From Sminthopsis crassicaudata (Eukaryota), in assembly GCF_048593235.1 (NCBI RefSeq), contig NC_133620.1, forward strand, positions 270,149,765 to 270,213,764: DNA of 64,000 nucleotides, in the 5' to 3' direction. This document shows positions 12,574 to 24,969 of this stretch, piece by piece; the first letter of the stretch is position 1, and each line of letters begins with the position of its first letter. The notes under the pieces are model-generated. The model was not told the DNA's origin and did no database searches. It saw only the letters and a list, made by a program, of their open reading frames with translations. The translations under genes and the position numbers were made by a program.

Positions 12574-14576
12574 TAAGACATTATGTTGTTAACCAATATA
12601 TTTCATTGGTACAAATAAGTGGATAAGGCAGGAAAGGAAGTAATAGAGGGAGATGATAGTCAAAATTCTTTCCTCCTCAAATTATCATGAGAACCAGTAT
12701 CCATGGAATGTTTCTTCATAGGTCTGGATTAAACCAAATGTACCTTTTGAGGATTAGGTATGAATTGTAAGTAGGCCTGACTCGGAACCCAGAGAAACTT
12801 TGGGTTGATTGACAAGTGACTCAGAACCCCAGAGAACCACTGAGTTGATTGGCAAGTGACTAATTTTGACGTAAAGACTACACACTATCCTGTTTTGAGT
12901 AATAGACAAAAAATTGCATTTCTCAGAGTCTAATCATTACAAGTTAGGGAGTTGTAATATCACAAATGTGAGCCTTGCAAGAGTAGACTCAAGATAAAAA
13001 TCAACACAGCAAGCTCAGATTAAAACAAATGAACAACAGAAAAATGATACAATACATTTGGATAGCAAACCCAGATATTTTTGTCCTGTTCCCCTCAGTA
13101 AATTATCCTGTATTTTGATCTGTAGATGTTGTTCAGTTATGTTTGACTCTTTATAACCTTACATGGGGTTTTCTTGGCAAAGATACTAACACAGTTTGCC
13201 ATTTCCTTCTCCAGAATCTGTGGAAAGTCGTCAGATAAAAGTTGTAATTTGGTCTGTGATTTGGAAACTTACCCAACAGTGTGTACTGATTGTAGAGAGG
13301 AATATAGCCAGGTGAAAGGAAGTTCAAAATATCAGGCAAGTTGATTCTCTCATGGCCATCTCAGTCTGGACAAACTATTTTTGGGCAGTAGACTAAGCTA
13401 AATAAGAATGAGACTGGCTGCAAAAGGGGAAGGAATTCCTTTTAGGATTGTCTAAGTATAGCCTAGAAATTCTGGACTATCCAAAATGGAATACATGTGT
13501 TGAGGCATATGTAATTTGTTCAGTTTGAGTAGACATAATAAATGCCTTTCATAGGAATGGCTGAAGTATGGCTCACAGAGATGAGGAAATAAAATGGGCA
13601 ACCTTTGTAAGTGGCAAGAAAAGATCTAATTAGGTTAGGTAGCTGCCAAAGTGTTTTCCCAAAGAGGACACTAGAACTTGGGATTCCAGGTGACTTGAGT
13701 TTGGTTCTATACACTAAATGCAATGTGTTGTAAGATCCTATCTCTTTCCTTGGGTTCAAAAGAGAGTGGTTGATAATCATCTCAAGTAAATGAATTATTG
13801 AGAAAGTATTAACTACTAAGCACTGGACAAAAAGAGCTGGAACCCCTAAAGACTTATGCCCCACTGGGCTAATAACCAAAAGTGTGTATATCCAAAAAAG
13901 AACACAAGTGTACATAAGGAATAAATAGCATCAGTGTAAGGAAACGAGTGTGAAAACTAGTTATCTCATAACCAGGGACGTGACAATATAAAAACAAAAA
14001 GTTCACCTAAGCTGAACTTTCAGGGAACTTCCCATTAATGTCTGAAATACAGAAGGAATGAATAGACACAAAAACCCACTAGTCTTTTACTGTTGACAGT
14101 TATTTTGGAATAGTAATTCCGGCTATTGGCAGAAACAAAACCACTACCTAAGAATGAGCCTTGGCACCTGAAATGAACTTCAAACTCTTGCTTCTGGTAA
14201 GCATGGCCCTTATGATAATATGAAGATAAGGCCTTAATCATATTCTTGGTTTTGGATTTTTTTTAATGCTCTGATAACTACTGTTTTATAGTTGGCAGTC
14301 GGGTAGATTATTTATTGCACATAATAAATGCGATAGGAGGCCTAGGGACCATAACAGTGTACATCACTGTTGAGAGGTAAAATAATACTCTGTTCAAAAT
14401 TTATTTCATTTATCATGGGAGGGGGCAGAAATAATAGGCAGAATAATTGAATTAGCAGATATGACCAAGAAATGCATGAAAGAACCTGCACAAATTTGCA
14501 TGTATATTCACACACATATATATATATATATATATATTCATCATTTTATACATCTGGCTAACTCCTGATTGGCATG

Positions 14577-14977
14577 TGTTAGGATTCTTACAAGGTGCTA
14601 AGTCAATTATTTAATTTAGCATGGTATTTAACAGTTCTCTAGTTCACTAATCTATTACTAATGTACTTAGTACTTACTAGAGTTCCATAAGATTAACACC
14701 TTTAAGAGAGCATATATAAGGCAGGAATCTCAACCAGGATGCACTTCAGGAGATTCAGAAGCCAGAGATGGCAGCTTAAGCTCTCGGAACCAAGACTACA
14801 GAAGGCCTCCAGAAAACTAGCCAAGCCCCAAGTGAAGGATAAGATTTTGAAGGAGACAATAAAGGATTTAACTCCTGACTGCATTTGGGATGATTATTCT
14901 GAACTGAAAGGAAGGCTGCCTCCAGAAGCTCCCAAGAACCTGCTCCCAGAGAACATTATATTTTAAAGAACATTACA
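14577..14977 (+). mobile_element. Solo ERV LTR, 401 bp, 6-bp TSD
   Basis: TG...CA ends (tgttagga...cattaca); TSD ggcatg at 14571-14576 and 14978-14983; TATATAA at 14713-14719; AATAAA at 14858-14863. Confidence 0.92.
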
Positions 14978-15989
14978 GGCATGTTCATAGATCTATCAGG
15001 TTTTCTTTGTATTGGCGAATTTGAAATAAATGCCTGAATAGCTTGTCTTCTGTTGACTATGTAACAGTGTATGAGTAAATGAGCCTCAACCTATGTGTTC
15101 CATTTTGGATAGTCTAGACTTTCTAGACACTTAAGACAATCCTGAAATTATGTAACTATGTAACAATGATTATTCTGCAACCTTAGCAGAAATGGCCAAC
15201 TCTTGGTTGAACATGGGCTGCAGTATATTTTGTAGTCAAAACAAAATGGATATACGATGACACATGTTCCATTTCTTTAGACATCAAGAAATTATTACTA
15301 TCTGTTAAATTAAACCCTATCTGTTAATTAAACCCTATCTGTTTCTAATATTGAACTATTTGACATTGCTAAGGATCTTGGTGAGAAACTTTCTTTTCCA
15401 AGTCTGCTGAACTTACAGCTGCTAAGGAGGGTTAATAGTTAAAGAGATCACTTTTCTACAAAGGTCATTTCCCTAAACAATGACTTCATGGGAAAGCTGT
15501 AAGCAGGGTTGGGAGCACTGAGGAAGGTGTGTATTGGGCTTACCTTCCTTACAGTAACAATTTGTCAAGTTTCTTCTCCACAAGGGTAGCTCCCCTGCAT
15601 GATGTAGAACCAGTGGTCAAATGAAAGTGGAATGAGTGGTGTAATCAAGTGGACTTGGGTTGAGTTAAAATTCTTAATCTACTACTGACCACCTATGACC
15701 TGGAGCAAATCAATCTGATCTGAGTCTTAATCTATAGAAGTAGTTCTCTTGAATTGCTTGAGTGTCTGTATTTTTCTATTCTATCCTCACACAACCCTGT
15801 GAAAGACATGCTATTATTTTTCCCATTTTACTGAAGAAACTGAAAGAAAATGAGAGAAATTAAGTCACTCCATCTTTAGTTTGGTTCTATACTCTAAATG
15901 CAGTGTGATGTAAGATCCTGCCTCTTTCCTTGGGTTCAAAGGGAGTGATTGATAATCATCATGTAAATGAATGATTGGGAAAGTATTAA

Positions 15990-17300
15990 TACTTGCCTAA
16001 TAGTTACAAAAAAGTAAAACAAGTCTCTGTCCTCAAGAAGCTTGCATTTTAGGCAAGAGAGGGTATAACATGTACAAATGTAATATTCAAGGTAATTTTG
16101 GTAGGGAGGATATTAGAAGCTGAGGACTGGAATCAGAAAAGACTTTGTGTAAGTACTGCTTGAGCTGACTTTTGAAGGAAGCCAGGGATTTCAAGAAGGA
16201 ATATGAGGAGAGCATTGCAGGCATGAGGGAGATAGCCAATGTAAAGGCACAAAGATGAAAGAGGATCACTACCAATATGGCTTAGCCCATAAGGGGAGAA
16301 ATATGTAAGAAGATTGGAAAGAAAGGAATAGGCTATAAAAAGTGTTCAATGCTCATTTAAAATTACTTTTTTATTTTTTAAAAAATAATGATAATCATGG
16401 AGCTGACTGCATAAGGGAGAGTGTGATGTTTAAATTTACACTTAAGAAAAATTACTTTGGCAACTGGGTGAATGATGAAGTAGAAACTTTTGGTAGGGAA
16501 ACCAAATGGTACATTATTCTCATAGTCCCAGTAGAGGTGATGAGGATATAAATGAAGGTGGTAGCTAAGAATAGAGAAAGGGGTAGAAAGAGTAAGTGGT
16601 GTACAAGTGTGGATTTGGCAAATGCCTGGATATAAAAGATGAGGAATTTAAGGTGACTAGAAGAGACTGGAAGAATGGTGGTACTCTTGCTGTATTCAGG
16701 AAAGTGCAGAAGGGAGTAGGTTTCAGAAGGGGGAAAGAAAAATTATTTCGGAAATGATGAGTGCAAGGCTTTTGCCAAGAGGCTTACTTGCATGTAAAAG
16801 ACTGTTGGCATTTTTGGACAGAGTAGCCTTAGAGAGGTAAGGTTAGAAGTTAGACTGCAGAGGCTTAGAAAGTATTGAAAGTATGGAAGTATTCTGTAGA
16901 AAACTTTTTCACAGAAGCTGGCTGAAAAAGGGAAGAGATGCAACTAATAGGGATGGTAGGATATATAAAGTTTTTGTTTGTTAAAAATAGGAGATACTTA
17001 GGCATATTTGTAAGGCAGGAGGGAAGAAAGAATCCAATCTTTAGTGTTAAATTGAAGATTAGAGAGAATAAGAGATGAGATGATAGTGGAAGGCAATTGG
17101 CTGGAGATGACAGGTGAGGGTGAGATTAAGCATACATGTAGAGAGACTGGCCAAAAAAAAAAAAAAAATAAGACTGAACTACAGGGGGAAATTGGAGGAG
17201 GGTAGTGTTCAAGGGATTTTGAGATAAGACAGAAAAGAACAGGAAGCTAAGATATCTAGATATTCTAAACTAGAATCAGAGGTGAGATATAAACTTCAAA
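15990..17300 (-). mobile_element. L2 fragment
   Basis: Purine-rich plus strand typical of reverse L2 (ctgtcctcaagaagcttgcatttt; gagctgacttttgaaggaagcc). Confidence 0.75.
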
Positions 17301-17959
17301 ATCTAGCACCTTCTACATCATTTTGTCCCTCTAAACGAGAATACTGGATTAGATTTAGTTCTCTTTTGACTGTGAATTCGAAGATGTTCTAAAATTAAAC
17401 TAGAGATATAATGCAATTTGCTCAAAGTCACCCCACTAGTTAGTAGCAGAATAGGGATGAGGATCTAGGTCTCTGGATTCCCACCAGTTGCCTAATGTAT
17501 AGAAATTACTCAATTCTTTCCAAGTCAAGGTTATATTATCTTTTAGTCATATTTTTGCATTTCTTAATCTTGAAACAAATTATTTTTAGTCACATGAAAA
17601 TGTAATTTTATTTCCTTCATTCATCTCATATATGTACCAAAAAAGTGTATTTTTAAAAATAAGTGCAATTCTAGGAGAAGTTAGGCTAGAGTCAAGGAGA
17701 ATTAGTGGAGAAATGTGGGTTACATAGTATCAGACCAAAGGCTTAACATTTTTAACTTTAGTGTTTTCCTAACTGCAGTATTGTGACTATGTCCAGTCTT
17801 AGGTGGAGTAGGTAACTAGTTATTATGTGGTAAAATTTCAGGCACTGTAAAATGACATGTATCACTCAAATTGGTTCACAAAACTTGTCATTATCTGAAA
17901 TTCTACAATTAGAATTGGTTATATCCTTTATCTTGTCATTACCCATATTGTATTACCTC

Positions 17960-18790
17960 CATGTTCAATGTTTCAAATACCCTTATCTAAAATACCCTTA
18001 TCGCCTGGCCATAATCTACCAGCTTTACATCTTTTCCTCTGTCCTCTCTCACCACAGCCTATTCTTTGCCCACACCAAGACTTCCGATTCCCTGATCCTC
18101 TCAGCTGTCTCCTAGACTATCTCCACTGCACTAGCAATATTCTTCTCTTTCCATCTTGACCCCCTTGTAAACCAATTCAATTCTGCATTGTCTTCTTCTC
18201 TTGATACCTTTAGCCCCCTTATTTCACTGATTGTACCCTGTCAAACTTTAGTCTCATCAATTCCATTGTCTGCCACCTCCACTCTTACACATGTGCTGCT
18301 GAGGAAAATTACAGTTGTGCTGCATTACAAATTATGTTATACAATCTCAACTAAGCCCTCACTGCTGCTAGACAATCCTACTGTATTTGTATGCCTCCTT
18401 TATCAATTTATTCTTCCCTACTCCATGACAACTCTCTTCAGAGTTTCTCTCAGAGAGAAACTTTTTTCATTTCTTCTCAAACTGTCTACCACTCTGACCC
18501 TGTTCCCTCCCCCTTCCCACAGAGTTAAGAATCTCATCTCATATTTTACAGAGGAAAAAAAAAATTAAGGCCATTTATCATGAGCTCCCTCTTTTTCTCA
18601 CTTCATCTCAAATTACTCAGATGATTTCTGCCACCTCCTCCTTCACTCATTTTACATGACGAGATGGCCTTACTACTTATTCAAGTTAATCCCTTGACTT
18701 GCCTAAACTATTCTACTTTATCCCATTTCCTCCAACAGACTGCCATCTCCGTCATCCCCATTCTCATTTATTTTCAGTTTCTCCCTGTCT
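17960..18790 (+). mobile_element. L2 ORF2 fragment
   Basis: Pyrimidine-rich L2 endonuclease-RT linker-like sequence; decayed. Confidence 0.7.
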
Positions 18791-18829
18791 ACTGACATTC
18801 CCTAGTATCCACAAATATGTTCATATCAA

Positions 18830-19450
18830 ATCAATCAAATAAACATTTATTAAGTACCTACTATGTCTCAGAAAGTGTAACAAATGCTGGGGATACTGAA
18901 AGAAACAAAAGATAGTTCCTGCCCTCAAGAAGCAAACAATTTGACAAATATATACAAATTATGCTGACTAAATAGGAAATAATTAATAAAGGGAAGGCAC
19001 GGGAATTGAAATGTTAGAAAAAGATTTCCTGTAAAAGTGGGATTTTAGCTGTTTTTTAAAGAAAACCTAGACAGTCTTCCAAGCATGGAGTTTCTGTCAT
19101 GGAAAGCTGTGTTCTAAACAGCCAGAAAGAGTATGTATTGGGGAGTTTTAGGGTAGGAGAATGAAAAGGTGGTGGCTAAATTACAAAGGATTCTGAATAC
19201 CAAATAGGTTTTTGTATTTGGTCCTGGAGGTAATAGAGCTACTGGAAGTATGTGTTTGTTGTGTGTGTTTAAGGGAGAGGAGGCATATGTTTTAGGAAAA
19301 TTACTGGTGGCTTAATGATGAATTGATGTGGGTAGCAATGAGGTAAGAAAGACCCAGCAGCAAGCCTTTGCAATTATCCAGGTATGAAAAGCTAAAGACC
19401 TGCCCTAATGTGGTGGCACTGTTATTTGTATTTTTTATATTTGAGAGATG
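18830..19450 (-). mobile_element. L2 3' fragment
   Basis: L2 3' end rc: caaataaacatttattaagtacctactatgt...gctggggatac...cctgccctcaagaagc. Confidence 0.8.
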
Positions 19451-21260
19451 TTGCAAAATGTCTTCCACATCCTATAAAGAACAGCAATTGATTCTGTTAT
19501 CCCCACTATCATCCTGTATTTCTTCTGTACTTTGCGGCTAATCTCAAAATACCCTGTCTACAATAAATGCCTCCCCTTTCTCTACAACTCTCTCTCTTCT
19601 CCTGAACCCCTTACAATCTGATTTCTGACCTTATTCATTGAAATTGCTCTCTCCCATTATCAATGATCTAATTACCAAATCCAAAGAACTATTTTTAATC
19701 CTTATTCTCCTAGACTTCTCTGTAGTCTTAAAACACTGTTATGATCACCCTCTCCTTGTTAACTCTCTTTTCTCTAGGTTTTCCAGATACCACTCATCAG
19801 AGTAGGGTTCCTCCAACCTATCAAACCACCTCTTCTCAGCCTTTTTTCCTGTATTGTCATCCACATCAAGCCTTCTAATCATAGGTGTCCCATAGGGTTC
19901 TGTCCTGGGCTCTCTTCTCCCTCCATATTTCTTTGATGATAATGTCCAAGGATTTAAATACCATTTCTCTGCCAATGATTCTCAAATCTGCCTAGCCTGT
20001 CCCAATTTCTCTGCTGACCCTAGTATTGCTTTTCAGATATTCTGAACCAGATATCCAGTAAGCATCTTAAACTCAACATATATGAAACCAAACTCATCAT
20101 TTTCCCTTAAGTCCTCCTCTCCATCTCAACTCCACTATTATTCCTAATTACTCGTCCTTGACTCTTCACTATCTCTCACCTCTCCCAAATCCAATCTGTT
20201 GCCAAGATCTTATCTATTGCACCTCTGCAACATCTCTCCTATAGGCTCCTCTCTCTCCATTGCTACTGCCACTCCCCTAAGGCAGGGCCTTCATTACCTC
20301 ATGCCTGAACTACTATATTACCCTGGCTGGTGGTTCCACCTGCCTCAAAGTCTCTCCCCATACCAATCTATCCTCTATCTATCACCACAATGAGTTTTCT
20401 AAAACACAGGTCTGACAATATTATCTCCTTACCTCAATAAACTCCAGGAACTATCACCCCACCAAGATAAAAAACTAAGTCCTCTATTTAACCCTTTATA
20501 ACTTAACCTAACCCCTCCTCCAACTTTTCTGGGATCCTTACACCATACTTCCTACAGTGGTGACCATGTTAGCACCCTGAGTACCTTAGAATCAATCAGA
20601 GTCAGGATAAGCAAGTCTTTATTCTTGGTCTTTAGCAGTAGAAGTGAAGAGTGTGAATGTGTAGGATCTCTGTGACCTTACCTCCTTGTCCTCTCACAGA
20701 AGTGACCCTGGCTAGTCTCACTGCACCTCCTAGTCCTTCCCACAATTCTCTGTATACACCAAAACGACTGGGCCAGCACAGGATAGTGGGAAGGGCCATT
20801 TTCCAAGCATATTCTTATAGAGTATAGTCCAATCAGTAATTAACCCCAAGTGCTCTATTGTCCAACCTCTTGAGTGCATTGACTCAAGAGTTTCAACCCT
20901 TTACACCCTACTACCTATTCTTTCACCCATTAACACTGGTTTCCTTGGCTATTTCAAGAACAAGACACTCTATGGTCTGGGAGTTTTTTTTTTGGCTGTC
21001 CTCCATGTCTGGAATGCTGCTCTTCATCTCTATATAGACTGACTTTATATACCAATAAAAATCCTATCTTCTAGTGCTTTCATTGTCAAATTTTTTTCTA
21101 TTTGCCCAATATAAAACTTGTTTGTATATCTAAACTATATGCTTATCGTCTCTATTAGGTTATGAACTTCTTGAGGAAAGATACTGCCTTTTTTGCATTC
21201 CCAGAGCTTAGTACAGTATTTTAGCATAAATTAAGTCCTTTATGTTTACAGATGCTTATT
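19450..21260 (+). mobile_element. L2 RT region to 3' end, interrupted by the LTR at 20556-20905
   Basis: ggtgtcccatagggttctgtcctggg (GVPQGSVLGP-like) and ccatttctctgccaatgattctcaaat (YADD-like) motifs. Confidence 0.82.
20556..20905 (-). mobile_element. Solo ERV LTR, 350 bp, same orientation as CD2AP
   Basis: Minus strand starts TGTAAAGGGTTG; other end is (a)gtggtgacc with a mutated terminal base; TSD tcctac/ccctac (5/6); minus-strand TATAAG at 20814-20819 and AATAAA at 20618-20623. Confidence 0.85.
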
Positions 21261-23400
21261 TTGACTCTTTAGCACCTCTGAATCCTCTCAGGATTATCTT
21301 GGGGTTTATGGGATAGATTTCTCTCTTAAGCACCAGGCCTTAAACCAAAACCAATCTGATTCTAATTGGTTAAAACCATAGATCCTAAACTAAGCCCCAT
21401 TTCGCCATTGTTTTGGTCTTGACAGATTCAGATTGAATGTAAATAGTAGCCATTTCAGCTTTGAGGAGAAACCCTGAGTCTTCCCCTCCCAGATTCCATT
21501 ATTCTTCTACTTAGATTTTTTTTTTTTAACTAGATGAGATTCTTTGCCTCAATAGCAATGTAAGATTATAATTGTAGTCCTGCTGTAAAACTATTAAAAA
21601 AAATAGTAGTTCTGTAAATAATTTGATTTAGTTATAAAAACTTGGGAGAAAAAGAGGTAGTTTTTTTGCCTGTGTACTTATCTTTATTTCTTATATGAAG
21701 ATATTTATATTTTATTATTTCTCTAGTAGACTATATTTGTAAACTAACCCATTTGACAATCCCACAATATTGATAACTAGCATTTATGTAATACCTACTA
21801 TTGATTTCTGGTTTCTAGGTCTGTTAACTTCAGTTATCCTTAACTATTCCACACATTTGATCAAGTTTTATTGATCCTATTCCCACAATATCTTACATCT
21901 CTCCATTCACAGAGGCACTACTGTAATTCAGATCTTAACTTCTAAACTGCACTTCTGCAGTAACTTCTTACTGGTCTTTAACTTCTTTCCCTCGAATCCA
22001 ACTTCTACACAGATACTAACATAACTTAAAAGTGCAGGTTTGACCATATCTCTTCAGTCTGATAAATCCCAGTGACTCCCAATTACTCTTAGATCAAACT
22101 TCTATTTAGCATCTAAAATCTTCATAACCTTAACTTACCTTTCTCCAAGCTTATTATACTACACTGCACCTTCATCCAATTTTTGGTTCAACCAAAATAG
22201 ATCTTTCTGTTCTTCACCTGTCATCCTATTCTTACTTTGCCAAGCTATATCTCCATACCTGCAATACATTCAATTCTTCACTTCTGTCTCTCAGAAACCC
22301 TGGTTCCTATTAAAGTTCAACCCAAGCATCACCTTTGACATGAAACCTTTTCTGATCTTTCCACTGGTTGTGCCTCTTCTGGCAAAAACAAACAAAACAA
22401 AACAAAAACCTCAATCTTGTAATTTTATATATAACTTATGTGAATGTTTTCCCCAGAAAAATAATGTAAACTTGAACAAAGGGACTGTTCCTTTTTGTGT
22501 TCCTTGCACCTAGTAATAAATTAATATTTAGCTTGATTTTTGTCAGACAAAACAGATTTTACTGAACTTGTTTCAAAGCAGCTTTTCATGGAGGAAACTA
22601 AGGATCACAAAGTTACTGGATGCCTCAGAGCTTTAGAAGATTACACTAAATGAGGAGAGAAAGGGAAAGGAGGAAGGCCAGCCTAAGAAACTTCACTTAA
22701 TCTATAATTTTGACCAAGCTATTGTGCACATCCAAAAATAATAGCAGCTAACATTTATATAGTACTTACTAAGTGCCAGGGACCGTGCTAAGCACTTTAC
22801 TATTATATCTCATTTGATCTTCACGACAACCCTGGGAAGTTGGTGCTATTATTATTTTACAGATAAGGAAATTGAGTCAGAAGCACAGTGACTTTGCCTG
22901 GCCTTATACAAATAGAAGTGTCTGAAGCTCAATGTGAATTTACAACTCTAGGCCTAGAGCTCTTATCCACTATATCAAGGCTTCTTAAAAATTTGTCTAC
23001 TCACAACTACTATTCAAACCCATTAAATTTTTACATGACCCTGGGTATATAGTATATATAATAGGTATACAAATTAAACCTCTATTGATAAATCAATCTC
23101 ACATTCAGTCATGTGAACCATTGTCTAAGAAGCTGGGCTCTACACCATTTATCTACCTAGGTGAATGTATTCAATGAATTGTTAAATAGTGGGCAGATAT
23201 TGTACAAGTGAACTGGCCAGTAGACTAAAAATTTCCTTTAGCAAACTGTGTAGCCCTTCCTTTAGAAGAAAACCTGGTGGACAGTGACTAAAAATGAATC
23301 TTTTATTTCCTTTCTTGATTAACCAAATCCCAACATTGTGACTTAAAGCTTTTAAAGGCATGGAATACTGTTTTGCTAAAGTTCATGGTTACAAAACTTA

Positions 23401-23848
23401 TGCCTCAGTCTCCCTGGTAGCAACCCCCCCTTTCTTGCCACTGGGACAGATTAATTAGGTCTGGGATTCCTGACCACTAGTATTCCAAGGAATTATAAAA
23501 TGCAGATGGTTTATCTCAAGATAGGTGGGTGTATTTTCTCTCTCAGAAATCTTGGCTCTTAGCCTCCCAACTTATCAGAATTTATGATTATTCCTTACCC
23601 CCGACCTTTCAGAACTAAATTTATGGTTCATTCCTGGAAGTTCCCACTCACCAGTGCTCTATCCCCACACCTTTCCTTTGTGTCCCTTATTGCTGAAGCT
23701 CTATATAAGAATCCCTGGAATCCTTTGCTTCCTGCTGGACTTTGAGACAATACCTTCAGACAATAGTCCAATCCAGCCAACTAGTCATGCTCTCCAAAAT
23801 AAAATATTAAAAACTCTCTAATCTTGCCTCAGTTTCTCTGGCATTACA
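23401..23848 (+). mobile_element. Solo ERV LTR (5' boundary uncertain)
   Basis: TATATAA at 23702-23708, AATAAA at 23798-23803, ends ...tttctctggcattaca; no clean 4-6 bp TSD found. Confidence 0.7.
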
Positions 23849-24969
23849 AAGACTTAACATTTTTAGTTAATAATGGGACATCATTTGGTGAATAATCATC
23901 ATGAAAAAGATATTTATTAAAGAAATCTTTATCAATACCTTTTCTTGATTTGGCTGCCAAGTCCATTCAAAGTCCTAGCCTGAAGCTTGCCTCCCCCAAG
24001 ACCATTTAAAGCTCTGTTTCCTTAGGAACTATCTCATGCCCAGCTGGTTTGATACTATGGTAATTCTGTCCACCTGTCTTGTTTCCAGGTCACAGAGCTC
24101 ACCCATAAACTGACATTTTCTATCTCCTTTGTTGGTGAGCTCTACACTGTATAGCACCTTCAATAATCCTAACTTACTTTGTTCTAGGATGCCTAAGCCC
24201 ATTTCTCAAGACTAACATTATTCTGGTTGAAGTTTTTGTGTGTGGATCAAGGAATATAATATTAAAAGAGTCAAAATTCCAAGTGACTGAAAAAGTAGAT
24301 TTGGGGAAGTGGGGGTGGAGGGTGTAGTACAATTGTGGCAATACTATTCAGGAAATACTAAGAAATCTGTAAAAAAGTCTGATCCCTTTAAGAAGGATTT
24401 AAAAGCCATGGACAGTCAAGTTGAATGACTACAATCTCTTACAGAGTATCCACACTGAGATCATGGACCAATCGAAGTGGTATGCCTATAGTTATAGATT
24501 ATAATACTTAAATCCAAAATTAGGTATAAAGTTATGGGGGACATTTTATCTTCTAATTCAGTTTCCATGAGCCTAGACACTGTTTAAGGTCATTTCACTG
24601 CATTATCAAATACTTCCATTTTTAAACTTAGAACTTCCAAATATTATCTATCAAAGCTTTAAATTATGGTGAGATCCAACTATTTCCTGAAACACAAGCA
24701 AATACAATTGTGTTAATAGAAAATATCTCAAACAACAAAAAACACGCATATAGTAGCAGTATTTTCTTTTTATTTGAATTTTTTTTCCAGGGAAAACATG
24801 CATTTTACAGTATCTGTAAACACAAGAATATGTTTACACTGACTTTGAATTCAGTACATTTTGGAATGTTGGAATACTCATCAAACCCAAAGTAATATGC
24901 AACAGCAGCAAAAGAGAGAGGAATGCATTAGATTAGGACATTTTATGGTTAAAAATACTCATAGCAGCA

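Noticed and set aside
13520-13915. 131-aa minus-strand ORF
   Set aside because: No recognisable domain; overlaps a local duplicated segment; composition typical of random AT-rich ORFs.
14739-14966. 75-aa ORF
   Set aside because: Entirely inside the solo LTR.
17852-18568. Cluster of plus-strand ORFs up to 126 aa
   Set aside because: Pyrimidine-rich decayed L2 sequence.
12600-24600. Searched for paralogs of CD2AP exons 14/15 and for ADGRF2/ADGRF4 GAIN or 7TM exons
   Set aside because: None recognised by eye; a TBLASTN is needed to be sure.
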